The notes below the pieces were generated by a model that saw nothing but the letters and a program-made list of their open reading frames with translations, searched no databases and had not been told where the DNA came from. A stretch of 64,000 nucleotides of DNA from Lingula anatina (Eukaryota > Animalia > Brachiopoda): assembly GCA_051362555.1 (NCBI GenBank), contig CM120643.1, positions 24,060,848-24,124,847 on the forward strand, read 5' to 3'. How positions within the stretch are numbered: the first letter of the stretch is position 1; every line of letters starts with the position of its first letter. Shown piece by piece: positions 49,322 through 62,506 of the stretch. Made by a program: the position numbers and the translations under genes.

Positions 49322-49367
49322 GTCACGTGACGGTATATCATTATGAAAACGAGGTTGGGAAATTCCC
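49322..49367. promoter_or_regulatory. Candidate NBN proximal promoter motifs: E-box palindrome GTCACGTGAC and kappaB palindrome GGGAAATTCCC
   Basis: Exact motifs at 49322-49331 and 49357-49367, 39-84 bp upstream of the ATG. Function is inferred only. Confidence 0.45.
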
Positions 49368-49713
49368 TAACTTGACCACAACATAAGATTTTTGGGCTTA
49401 AATATATATCAAAGACCATAGAGTCCACGTCAATTTTGTGGCGTATTCAAAACACACGGCAACCCATGGTCACATCTGTCGTTTCGGATAAAATGTACGT
49501 TTTCTTTTTCACCAGTGGCACAGCCTAACCCAACTTTCGTTTTGCCTGAAAAATCTGCACTTGCTTAGTTGTAAATCAAAAGCTGTCATAAAGAAAGTTA
49601 CCACGTTCATTCTTAAAAACTTAAACAATCGCACGTTTACAATACAGGTTTCGAAAATATTCCGACAGGGGTGTTTTCTAAAGGTGGGAGGAAATTGACC
49701 CTTGAAAACATTT

Positions 49714-49770
<57 letters not shown>

Positions 49771-51455
49771 CGAGCTTTTTGAGTGTATATAAAATTCTGC
49801 TAGAGAATAAGGAAGTGATGCTGTTACTTATTCCGGTATAGATATTAGCATACAAAAAGTATGGTTTTATTGAAGGAAAAGAACTTTAACGAAAAGTCAG
49901 TTTTTTTCTCCTTAATTTTACTTCAATTTTTTATTAGATAAAAAAAGAAAGAAAATAAAATTTTAATATAAATATATAAACCTTTCGTAAAACAAACAAA
50001 ATAAAAAACTTAACTTCATTACATGTAGCATGAGTTGTTTTCTTCTAATTTGGACAAAACGACAGTTTCAAAAACCATACAGGCCTAACACGGATTGCAG
50101 AGACGAAAAATCACAGGTCAACGTAAATCTCTTACTTAAAAAATCAATATGACCATGGCAAATAAAATTTACTTGACCACAGATGTGTGTGTGTGTGTGT
50201 GTGTGTAAAAAAAACACCATGCGTCACAATGGTTTTGTGTTTTGCTAGGCTCCAAAGATACGTAATCGACAGGGCTCGTGTAGTTCACATCTTTCATTGG
50301 GCTCTCACCTAGCCCTTTAGACCTCAATGACTAAACTTAACTGAGGTTAAGAAAGACTGCTCATAATAAATATTTTACCTGTAAGAGCCTTGTCTACTAC
50401 GCAAGCATTTCTGAGCTACCCCCCCCCCCCCCCCCCCCCCCCAGAACTAGAAATGATTTACAGTCGGTTTACCTATTAGAAATCCAATATCCCATAATGA
50501 ATTTGCAAAGTATAAAGCATAAATTTTGTCACAGAAGATTTATGTCATTTCAGAAAATAGCTAAAGCTTTTAATGAAAAATTAATACTTTTAAAACAGTC
50601 TAAGTCGACAAAAACCTTTTAAGAGAATTTACCAAAGAGAAACGAAAACGTTAACTAATTATTTTAGGTTGATTAGATTAGAATAGAGATAAAAATGAAA
50701 ATAAGGCAAGTCGCATGTAGAAAAAGAGAAAAGATTATTGCAAAAAATAAGATTTAAAATAAACCTACAGAGAAAACAAGGTATGTACAGGAATATTGCG
50801 TACACATTCATACAGTGGACGTTTGAAAGAGCAAAGACTACTCACACCTAAACCGCCAAATTGTGAACCGCTTTGGCTCTAATCGTCTTCATAACGTAAC
50901 AGGTGAAATCAAACGTAAACTCAGTGTAAAATTTTATGAAAATAACAGCATCCAAAATCATCTAACTAGGAACGTTTCGGGCAGGCTTAAAAAAATAGGA
51001 CGTAACTTGAATTGATTCAGTAGCTTTTCCGTTATAGCACTACGTCATATCACCAATAAACTGCGGTCAGCAGAAAGAAATGGGATCTTCCAGGCGGAAT
51101 TATTTGCCAAATATATTTCTCTTCAAAAATTGGCTTCGTCGCAATAGCTTGAATAAAAAGCGCATCAGTTTATACATATTTGAAGTTTTTTTTAACGATT
51201 CCCTCTTCTAATGAAATCGCTAAAACTAAAACCGTCTCATTGTGCTCTTCAACGTCATTGGTAGAGCCAAACTAAATCTCAGCATTAAACAAAGTCATAG
51301 TAAAAGAAATAAACTATCTACGAACGCTCCGTGTCGACTTCTCAAATGATGAGCTTTAACAACGTTGATGATTAATACCATGTTCGCAGACTGGCGATAC
51401 GCGGCATGAAATACATATTTACGGCTCATGTCCTATTTATTGTTATGGCAGATAT

Positions 51456-53456
51456 GCCCTGTGTATTCTCTTCAACCACATTCTCACAAACGGAACATTC
51501 CCTACACTTTGGAGAACAAGCTTTCTGACAGTTATACACAAAAAGGGTGACAAAACAGATCCTAATAACTATAGAGGAATTGCTGTCACTAGCAATATCT
51601 GTAAACTATTCTGTCTAATCCTGAACAACAGACTCACAACATATGTAGAAAAACACAATATCATACCCCCAAATCAAATTGGTTTTAAAAAAGGAAGCCG
51701 CACCAGTGACCATATTTTAGTATTAAAAACCCTCATAGATAAATATGTTAAAAGGGCCTCTAAATCCAACCTCTTTGTTTGCTTTGTTGACTTTTCCTCT
51801 GCTTTCGATACCGTGTGGCGAAACGCCCTGTTCTACAAACTGACAAGGGCAGGCATCAATGGGAACTTTCTAAGAACCCTTCGTAATATGTACTCATCTG
51901 TGCGTTTTGCCGTCAAATGCAGAAATAGCATAACAAATAGTCTCTCGTCTTCTGTCGGTGTTAAGCAAGGCTGTAATCTCAGTCCACTCCTCTTTAATCT
52001 CTTCATAAGTGACCTGCCCTCAATTTTTAACGACAGATGTGACCCAGTGTCTCTGAATAATCAAAAATTAAATTGCCTATTATATGCAGACGATCTAGTA
52101 ATTATGTCGGAAAGCAGTGCAGGTTTACAAACCGCAATAAATCAACTTCAGGCCTACTGCAAAAAATGGAAGCTACTAGTGAACATCACTAAAACAAAAA
52201 TCATGATATTCAATAAATCTGGCCACAAAATCCAGAAAAAAATTTCAAGTTTGGCGATATACCTTTAGAAATCTGTAGTGAATATTGCTATTTAGGACTT
52301 GTCTTTACTCCATCCGGAAGTTTCACCAAATCCCTTGAAATACTCAAATCAAAAGGGGGGAAAGCATTTTTCAAAATCCGCAATAAATTATTCACCAGCC
52401 CAGTGCCCATTTCCATGAAACTTTTTGACTCACTCATAGCTCCCATTCTTACCTATGGCTCTGAAGTTTGGGCACCATACTTTGTCAAAAACTCAAGTAA
52501 AGACAGCTACTTCCTAATTTGTGACAAACTTTCCATTGAAACCTTACATCTCAAGGCCTGCAAAACTATCCTAGGTGTTAACCGAAAATCTCCCTCACAT
52601 GCTGTCCGCGGAGAACTGGGCAGCTACCCAATACTGACCACTGCCTACACACTGGCCCTCAAATACTGGCACAGCCTTCAATATAAAAAGTACCATGACA
52701 CCACCTCCTTGGTAACTCATGCACTTCACGAAAATGAAAATTTAAACAGACTTAACACCTCAACCTGGTCAACCGGCATTAAAAATACACTGGCGCTCAT
52801 TGGACGCCCTGACATTTGGGAGGACCCTTTTAATTAAAATATCCATGACCTCACTCTCTTCCATAATAAAACCGCTTATCCAAAACTCCTATAGTTCGGC
52901 CTTTAAAGCTCACGTAGCATCCCTGAACACGGAGGGTAAAAAATTACGTACCTACAGTACCTTCAAAAAAGATTTTAAAAGAGAAATATACACACAGTTA
53001 ATCCACAAACCCAAATCTACATTCCTTTGCAAATTCAGGATAAGTGCACACAATTTGGCAATTGAAAAGGGGAGACACATGAATCCTAAAATACCCATAG
53101 AGAAAAGGCTATGCACGGTGTGCAACATGGGGTCAGTCGAAGATGAGTTCCATTTTATGATGATATGCCCCTGTTATGCTCCACTGAGAGCCATATTCCT
53201 TAACCAGGTTAAAGATATACTGGGCAGTGCAGCCCCTGAGTCCATCAGTGAACTTTTTATTACCGTACTGCAATGTAATGATTTTGATATTGCAAAATGC
53301 ACAACTAATTTTCTTTATGATTGTTTTAAAGCTAGGGATATGAAAATTGCATCCATGCTGAATATAACCTAGATTAACTGACGATCCAGTTTTCATATCC
53401 CCCTAAATAATAGTTAGTTTAATATAAGGTTTAGTGTAGCCTATTCTAGTTGAATC

Positions 53457-53513
<57 letters not shown>

Positions 53514-53686
53514 CCCTATATTTATCTTTATTGAGTAGTACTTGTACTTTCCCTGCTTTAGTCTAGACATTATATAATGTATATCAAACTGTATATGGTA
53601 ATCACTCTGCGGATTACATCTTGTATTTGTATTTGATCATGCCCGGATGTAGGGCGATTGTCAATAAACTTCTGATTCTGATTCTG
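51456..53686 (+). mobile_element. 5'-truncated non-LTR retrotransposon (RTEX/L2-CR1-like), RT plus C-terminal Cys/His region
   Basis: KKGDKTDPNNYRGI, NQIGF, FVDFSSAFD, GVKQGCNLSPLLF, LLYADD, RLCTVC..EDEFHF..C; frameshifts near 52245 and 52830; 3' AATAAA plus (ATTCTG)n tail; empty site at ~56075-56087. Confidence 0.93.
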
Positions 53687-53746
53687 TACAGCCAAACTGG
53701 CCTTCTATGGGAGAAAGTTTCCATTTGATGAATACCTGTCAACGAA

Positions 53747-54012
53747 GCTGCCGTGGCTCCGTGGTTACTCCGCCGGTTTGGACGCAGCTACTGATGCATT
53801 CGCAGGTTCGTATCTTGCAAAAGATATTCCATGTGATTTTTTTGCTCGAAATAATTTCTAAAAATTCCGTTTGATTACTATAAGAGGAAACTCGTACGTA
53901 CGGAGGGTGGGCGGGTCAGTCACGGCGCAGTCGGTAGCCTGCTTGGTTGCAAAAAATCCAAAGCCAGCAGCAAACCATGGTAACGACAAGTCACGAGTTC
54001 AAATCCCAGATC
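53747..54012 (+). pseudogene. Two tandem degenerate tRNA-like (A-box/B-box) modules; second copy at ~56149-56413
   Basis: A-box-like TGGCTCCGTGG plus T-arm GCAGG-TTCGTAT-CTTGC; A-box-like CGGCGCAGTCGG plus B-box GTTCAAATC. Acceptor and anticodon stems do not pair well. Confidence 0.45.
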
Positions 54013-54512
54013 ACACATGTCAATTGACCAGAACAACAAGCTGGACCCGCAGTCGAAAACGAATGCAGGCTGTCGTGTGTCCCAGCAAATTACCTTTTGC
54101 ATAAAAATCCCCTACAGTTTAGAATTAGTGGTCCATTTTGACGACAACTTATTGCTCGTCATTATCATAAAGTCTGCGTCGTCAATGATATTTCTTTTCT
54201 CTTTGTTTTACAATGATATTTAAGCGGGGATGGTCAATGATCTCTTTTCTTTACCAACTACGCAACAGATCACAATTGAATTGAGTCGATACCTTACCCG
54301 GCATGGAGTCATGCATGTCATGCAGCCCTTGATAAAAAAAAAAGTCATCTGCTCGATGGGATTATTAGCAAAAACGTTTTTTCTTTTTTTTTTTTTCAAA
54401 AGTCTCATTGCTGCTTTTGATTTACCTAATCATACATTTTGTTTTTTATGCCCCCTTCCCCTCCTATGGCCTTGCTTATCAAGACTGTACATATATTCAT
54501 ACAGTACACGGG

Positions 54513-55420
54513 TATGGGCGGCCAAAAGGGCAAAAATTCATGTCGTCGATTCAGTTATGTTTCGTCGATTCACTGCCTTCCCATCGATTCAGTTTCAAGT
54601 TTAAACGATCCTGTCATAAATTCAACATCTACTTTCGTCAATTCAATTGTCAAACATTTCTCATCTATGGTGTATTAAAACCAATGCTGTCACTATTTTC
54701 GTCGATCGTGTAACTAATCTCGTCGATCGTCAAACTGTTTTCGTCGATCGTGTAACTATTCTCGTCGATCGTCTAATCTCGTCGATCGTGTAACTATTCT
54801 CATCGATCGTCTCATCGATCGATCGCCAGAGGGCGCTGCGGTAGCAACACGTGCTTCTGTCTGTCAATCACGCGGTAATTTTTAACTCGGCCAGCCATGG
54901 TCAGAGTTAAGCACAACTAGAAAATAATGTCCCTACAACCGAATATCTTTTAATTATTAACAACTAAAATTGAAATTGTTGAGAAAATGTTCTTATTTCA
55001 CTAGCAATCATTTTGTTGTCTGCCATTTTGATAGTCATGTGATAGGCCAATGTGCTACCGCAGCGCCCTCTGGCGATCGATCGATGAGACGATCGACGAG
55101 AATAGACGATCGATGAGAATAGTTACACGATCGACGAGATTAGACGATCGATGAGAATAGTTACACGATCGACGAGATTAGTTGGACGATCGACGAGATT
55201 AGACGATCGACGAGAATAGTTACACGATCGACGAAAATAGTGATAGCATTGGTTTTAATACACCGTAGATGAGAAATGTTTGACAGTTGAATTGACGAAA
55301 GTAGATGTTGAATTTATGACAGGATCGTTTAAACTTGAAACTGAATCGATGGGAAGGCAGTGAATCCACGAAACATAACTGAATCGACGACATGATTTTT
55401 TGCCCTTTTGGCCGCCCATA
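54513..55420. mobile_element. IS3EU-like non-autonomous element, 908 bp, ~330-370-bp inverted arms
   Basis: Ends TATGGGCGGCC...GGCCGCCCATA; 6-bp TSD CACGGG; empty site CGCGGG near 56900; internal (TCGTCGATCG)-type repeats. Confidence 0.88.
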
Positions 55421-56958
55421 CACGGGGCAACTCCACAGCACACGTTTGAACGGACAAAGACTACTCACAACTAAACCCGCCAATTTGTGAACCGCTTTGG
55501 CTCTAATCGTCTTCATGACGTAACAGGTGAAGTCAAACGTAAACTCAGTGTAAAAAGAAAATGAAAACAACAGCATCCGAAATCCTCTAACTAGGAACGT
55601 TTCGGGCAGGCTTAAAAAATAGGACGTAACTTGAATTGATACAGTAGCTTTCCCGTTATAGCATTACGTCATACCACCTGTAAACTGCGGTCAGCAGAAA
55701 GAAATGGGATCTTCCAGGCGGAATTATTCGCCAAATATATTTCTCCTCAAAAACTGGCTTCGTCGCAATAGCTTGAATAAAAAGCGCATCAGTTTATACA
55801 TATTTGAAGTTTTTTTTAACGATTCCCTCTTCTAATGAGATCGCTAAAACTAAAACCGTCTCATTGTGCTCTTCAACGTCATTGGTAAAGCCAAACTAAA
55901 TCTCAGCATTAAACAAAGTCATAGTAAAAGAAATAAACTATCTACGAACGCTCCGTGTCGATTTTCTCAAATGATGAACTTTAACAATGTTGATGATAAT
56001 ACCATGTTCGCAGACTGGCGATACGCGGCATGAAATACATGTTTACGGCTCATGTTCTATTCATTGTAATGGCAGATATATACATATGTACAGCCAAACT
56101 GGCCTTCTATGGGAGAAAGTTTCCATTTGATGAGTACCTGTCAACGAAGCTGCCGTGGCTCCGTGGTAACTCCGCCGGTTTGGACGCAGTTACTAACACA
56201 TACGCGGGTTCGAATCTAAAAAAGATTTTCCACATGATTTCTTTGCTCGAAATAATTTCTAAAAATTCCGTTTGATTACTATAAGAGGAAACTCGTACGT
56301 ACGGAGGGTGGGCGGGTCAGTCACGGCGCAGTCGGTAGCCTGCTTGGTTGCAAAAAATACAAAGCCAGCAGCAAACCATGGTAACGACAAGTCACGAGTT
56401 CAAATCCCAGATCACACATGTCACTTGACCAGAACAACGAGCTGGACCCGCAGTCGAATACGAATGCAGGCTCTCGTGTGTCCCAGCAAATTACCTTTTG
56501 CATAAAAATTCAGTATAGTTTAGAATTAGTGGTCCATTTTGACGACAACTTATTGCTCGTCATTATCATAAAGTCTGCGTCGTCAATGATATTTCTTTTC
56601 TCTTTGTTTTACAATGATATTTAAGCGGGGATGGTCATTGATCTCTTTTCTTTACCAATTACTCAACAGATCAAAATTGAATTGAGTCGATACCTTACCC
56701 GGCATGGCGTCATGCGTGTCATGCAGCCCTTTCATAAAAAAAAAGCCATCTGCTCGATGGGATTATCAGCAAAAGAGTTTTTTTCAAAAGTCACATTATT
56801 GCTATTGCTTTACCTAATCATACATTTTGTTTTTTTTTTTATGCCCCCCTCCCCTCCTTTGTAATTGCTTATCAAGACTGTACATATATTCATACAGTAC
56901 GCGGGGCAACTCCACAGTGGGAGTTTGAAATGGCAAAGACTACTCACATCTAAAACCT

Positions 56959-57016
<58 letters not shown>

Positions 57017-58943
57017 AACAAAGTAATGGTACAAATATTCACAGGGTCTTGGAGACTTCACGTACTGTTATTTCAGTTGATTTTCAGTGTAAAATATTTC
57101 ATCTGAACTGGCGCAACTGATACAATTTCACCTCAGCACATCGGTGGCTCCAGGCACAGATCTCAGAAATCTGTTACCTTTCAGCAACGTTTCAGTCGCA
57201 ACAAATAAGGCAAGATAGTAGTCGCCTACTTGACATGTTGGTGGCATGCTGCCTGCATGCTGCATGCCCGCTTGATTACAATCAACAATGTCTTCATTTA
57301 CGTCTTTTTGACATCTTTGTGCGTCGGTTTACGATGTCTACAGTGCTGGTACATACGGACGTGATCGGCGCTGGCATTCGAGTGTGCCCTAAATCGACAC
57401 ACCTGTGCTTTTCATTTTGTTTACAAATATTTGCCTTTGCCAGCACAGTTGAAATCCCAGACCCAACACTTTATACTTCTGGTCTCTAATCTAGCATATT
57501 CTAGCCATAATAACGCTAACAAAGGTATAGCGCGCTTGTTAAAACAGTCTCAAACTGGTCTTCTGTGTTCTCGTATTTGGAACAACAACAATGTGGACAT
57601 AGATGTCACGACGCCGCCTGTACTCAAACGGTGGCAAAACAACAAAGAAAAGAAACGGAAACCCACTGGTTTATGTAACCAAGTTGGCGTCCACCTTCGA
57701 AGTACCCAAACTCGACGTAAGGGATTAGAAAGGTCATCTGTATGCTTGAGCACGCGTTGGTGGGTCTTGCCAAGGTCCAGTGGGATAAAAATGCGTTGCC
57801 AGGTCCGCTGCGTTGACTCGCAGTGAGTAACCATTCAGGGGAGCGAACGCACATTGTTTTAACGTCAGTGGGACACAAGTAAAAGTGAGGCGGACAAAGG
57901 GTGAGTTTATAATAGTATACGGTTTACTCTTTTAGCTAAATACCCAGCTGGCGAAATCTAGCTAGTATGCATACGCGGCCAAACGCTTGACCAGCGTTGA
58001 GTGACCGCCCCCAGTGTCTTTCGATGCATTTTTGTCATATTTCTTGGGACAGGCCTAGAAGGAAAATGACACATTTCTTGTTGTCAGTAGAAAAATTATA
58101 GTCATTTTTGTCAATTATCAGGCACATGCATGTACAGTGAACATCTATACAAGGTTTGTAATAATAGGCAGCTGATGTTACACGTACATTGCACCAAATT
58201 TTGTGGCTGATGATTATTATTGTTATTTATTCATTTCGATACTAATATACTTTTCGAGAACAAAAACAAGTACACGACGAATAATATACACTAACATGGA
58301 GAGCAAGAACTATTAAGTCACCGGTAAGTTGATAATGTTATACTCCGTGATGCCAGGTTTGACTTAATAGGCCTATTATAATCACTTCTACCCCCAATTA
58401 ATGAAAAGTGGTTAAACACGCTAGTGTGTGCATGCGCGTATGGGGGATTATTATTATTGTTATTATTACTATTGTTATTTTGAAAAATTAGAGTGACGAC
58501 GTAGTTGAAAGAAATTCACATTTCGTTGTGTTTCCCTTTTCTAGTATAGTACTCACCTATATATATAGAGTCCATATTTCAGATATGGCCTTTTTACATA
58601 TACGAGAAAGAAAACGTCATAGTCTTTAATTTGTTTACAGTTTTGAAGACGATAGTAGCTCATGGTATATTAAACAAATGTCGATATGTTAACAATAATC
58701 ATGAATGGCCTTTCGGGTAGACCGCTTCACAATTCACGTCTTACGTCACATTTAAACGGGAATTATTCGTAATGGATATGGTTCATGTTATAGGTCGACG
58801 AGTAAACAGTTTTAGATAAAAATAAAACGTGTACGTACACCTTCAGCTAATATCAATCAAATGACTCCAGCGTAGGGTTTTTCTAAATTTTGATGTTCAG
58901 GATAACACACGTGGCATTTTAAACGTGATTGTGAGTACTCATT

Positions 58944-58965
58944 TCTCTCTCTCTCTCTCTCTCTC

Positions 58966-59026
<61 letters not shown>
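58944..59026. repeat. (CT)n-(TA)n microsatellite
   Basis: Direct reading; another (TA)n run at ~56962-57012. Confidence 0.9.
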
Positions 59027-59029
<3 letters not shown>

Positions 59030-61439
59030 ACGTGACTCCAAATTGCCTGCAAATCGTACTTTGTTGGATGTATTATATTATTTTTCTTCATATTCTTTAT
59101 TTTGATAAAACAGAATCGAAGCATGTGTTAGTAATCAAATTGGTTTTGCCCACTCACGCTCAGCGTGTCAATTCTCTATCAATAGTAACAAAGTTTGCCA
59201 AGTATCAAAGGTGCAAATTACCTGCTGTACAAGGATACACATGGGGGGAGATGATGAACATCGGGCACTTCTTCCGGACGCAATATTACAATTAAAAAAA
59301 CACTAAATTGACGTCAATCTTGATGGTGGGATTGCGCAAGGTATGAGTCTAAGTAATATATCTGTAATTTGTTTGTTGTTTTGCCCCTCCGGTGGTCTTC
59401 CGAGGTAGACATTGGGAAAGGGGAGAAGAAGGGAGTGTTTTGGTTTATAAACGCTGGGAAGCAATGCTATTTTCACATCACTCACGTCTCCCAATCACAG
59501 CCCATACTTTGATTATCAATTATTTAACAATGATTGCACTGTTATTACTACGTACTTATAATAGTATGATAATATTAGCACCAATAAATTCGCATTCAGA
59601 CACTTGTCGTAAATTTCACCGGTGAACGGTCATTTTCAATAAAGTGGAATGATTTAGAAGAGAATCTGTAATTCTGTTCACAGGAAGAATAAAAGGAAGT
59701 TCTCTGATAACTCCCTTACTCATAAATATCTACATTTATCATTGGCTGATAAAATCCTAAGCCAATGGTTCATAGTGAAATCAGAAAAAAAGAGAGGAAA
59801 TCAATAATCAGTGTAAATGTTTGGTGTGTGTAAGTGTGTGCGTGCGTGTACGTGGACAGAAAATACATATTTCCGTTTGCTGGGGTTTATTGCAAAATTG
59901 GGGAAGAGCCCTCGAAAACAGAGGAGTGATAGCCTCGATCCTCTCTCGTGGTCCGTTTCTGTCGCGTTTCATTTGCGTACAATACGGGAGATGGAAGGGG
60001 GGGAGGGGGCAAGGGAGATGGATGGTGAGTAAGAGGAGTTCAGACCTCAAAAACATCCAAGACCGGATGACGAGTTCCCTGAAACACCTGGCAAACAAAA
60101 CCCTCAACTTGCTATTCACAGGTCTCTTTCGCTATTAACAGGTCTTATTTACTAATAAACGAAAAGCCGACTAAGCCTAATGGAATCAACATTTCATGAA
60201 CTGGCATAACTGATAGACAAGGCACGGTGTGTGTATTCAGGAATAGACTCCGCGAGCAGCGGGGGGATCACATAACGCACAAAACACGAACGCCCCTCAC
60301 GCAGCCCGATGACGTATTTATGTATTTAGCGTTTTGAATCTCGACCCGTGGTCTATTAATTATCAGCCGCGGGTATACCGTTTTTGGTGTTTATTTTTAT
60401 TCACATATAACTACCGTATAGTAGATCAGGTGGTACTCTAGGAAAAGGCAGGTAAACAGCATGATGAGATGAGTTTGTTTTAATAAACGAAAGCCCATTT
60501 CATATTTCCACTGACGGATCGTCAGCAAGCATCAGTGTCTAAAATGCAGCTCTATTAAAGGTAAGAGGAATGATCCCAGATTCTTGGTAGTTGACATTAA
60601 TGCATTTAGTGTAGATCTCCACTTTCGTCTTTTTTTTCCTTTTTTCTACTTATTACATGTAATAGGGTTTTAATCAAGTGGTTTGATTTGGTTTGCAATT
60701 TTACCCCGCCGTCACTCTTGCTTTCTCTCTCTCTCTCTCTCTCTGACACATGAATATCATCGCACATGAAGGATAATTGTTTTGCCCCAAACATCAGTCA
60801 AGTATTCCATCTAACCGGAAAATTTACCAGTATCAACTTCGTTTGAGTAATTTACAAAGCGGGCGCCTCCGTTTTTGACAAAAAAACATTTGCTGGATGG
60901 TATATAGCAAACAAAATCGTCCCTGCGCATGAAAAAGTGCGTAAATTGTTCTTGTTCGTCTGTCAAACGAGCCGTTAACTTTTCGAAGATGTCATTAATG
61001 AGGTGATGCTAAAAAGGCCCAAAAATTGGACATGGATTTCCGGTCTCTTCGTCGCGACAGTAGACAGTAGAGAAAAGAGGGTCATGTATCAGAGCAGTAC
61101 ACACGAGCTAATGACGGAGTGCATAACGTTTCATCTCTGTTACACGATACTCAGAACCCCATTCGAACGCAAACTGATAAGGTAGTCTTTACATTTCACG
61201 AAAGGGTATCAACCTTTCGGCTTGATTATCTACGGATTTTTCAAAGAAAATGAGAACTCGCGTGTGCGTTATTCAATTCTGAGAAAAACGATGAACAAGG
61301 GAATTGCGTTCTGTCAGTTCGCCAGTCAAGTGACCTTACAGATACGCATCTGCACCTAAATGCGCTTCATTAACACCAAGGTGGTAGGTCAAGACATTGC
61401 GTCCAGTGGTGATCTGTTTGTGTGGTTCTTTCAATACAG

Positions 61440-61473
61440 GTCTCTCAGCAATGGTCAGAGTGAAATGTAGGAG
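61440..61473 (+). other. Candidate 34-nt exon, possibly the first coding exon (MVRVKCR...) of a downstream plus-strand gene
   Basis: Pyrimidine-rich tract plus tacag acceptor and a strong GAG|gtaagg donor; no homology evidence. Confidence 0.25.
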
Positions 61474-61623
61474 GTAAGGTTGATATACATATTTATACAT
61501 GTACGAGATAAAAAAAAAAGGGTGGCTTTTGTTTTCAGTGTTTGTTCTTAGCCAGTATATATACTATATAGTTAGTTGTTCTACATATCCAGAGACTGGG
61601 GAAGATACAAAGAATTGGGATAA

Positions 61624-61624
<1 letters not shown>

Positions 61625-61694
<70 letters not shown>
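61625..61694. repeat. (CA)n(GA)n microsatellite
   Basis: Direct reading; a similar tract at ~62446-62506. Confidence 0.9.
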
Positions 61695-61697
<3 letters not shown>

Positions 61698-62442
61698 ATT
61701 TGTGATGTCAAACCTGTAAAAAAGAGCCATTTGTTCAAAGCCCAGCAAACCCGTATTGGATTCTTAACCTGAGCACATCAACTCTAAATTAAAACTTACG
61801 GTATAGCTATAGCTATCAACAGTCTGGCAGAGAAGAAGAAAAAATGATGATTTATACAGTGTGCAAAGATTGCAGGTGCAAATATGATAGTCTCTCCAAT
61901 CCGCTTGTCCAGTTGATACGGACGCTTCGTGCATTTCTAAATTAAAACCCTGCAACACGCGGAGAAGCTCGAAGGTAAGCAGGCGAAATGCGTTTAGAAA
62001 ATAAGCCATAGCATAGACACATTCTATATATATAGAATTTAATATCACAGATCTGTGGGTTAAATCCTATATGATATGTATCCCTAATTAAATTAGATTT
62101 TATTGTATAACCCTAAGGAACATGGGTCATTAAATTTGAACCTCTCTGATAAAAAGTTTAAGTTTTGGAATGTATACCATAATATACTAGACTTCATGAC
62201 AGCGAATATCGAATACCATCAAACATTAAGTGCTTCGTAAATATGAAATTATATATAAATCATTAATGTGGTGTTGGCTGATGATAGAGGTACTGAGTTA
62301 GTCGTTCCATTAATAGCCCACAGCCACCAAGATTGATACACGTACATATTTATATCAGGGCACATTCCAAACACAAGGAAACGCACGCACACGCATTATA
62401 TTATATGCACAAAAGCACACATAACCGATCACACACAATTAC

Positions 62443-62506
<64 letters not shown>

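Larger units (their letters stand above)
50812..56958. repeat. Tandem duplication of a ~1.47-kb unit (2 copies plus start of a third); copy 1 is split by a LINE and a MITE
   Basis: ~50812-51455 + 53687-54512 + 55427-55436 aligns with ~55437-56914 (near-identical ORFs 53871..54104 and 56272..56505); CAAAGACTACTCAC anchor occurs three times. Confidence 0.88.

Noticed and set aside
53133-53396. Antisense ORF within the LINE
   Set aside because: Shadow frame of the retrotransposon coding sequence.
53747-54012. Functional tRNA genes
   Set aside because: Acceptor and anticodon stems do not pair, so they are kept only as tRNA-like remnants.
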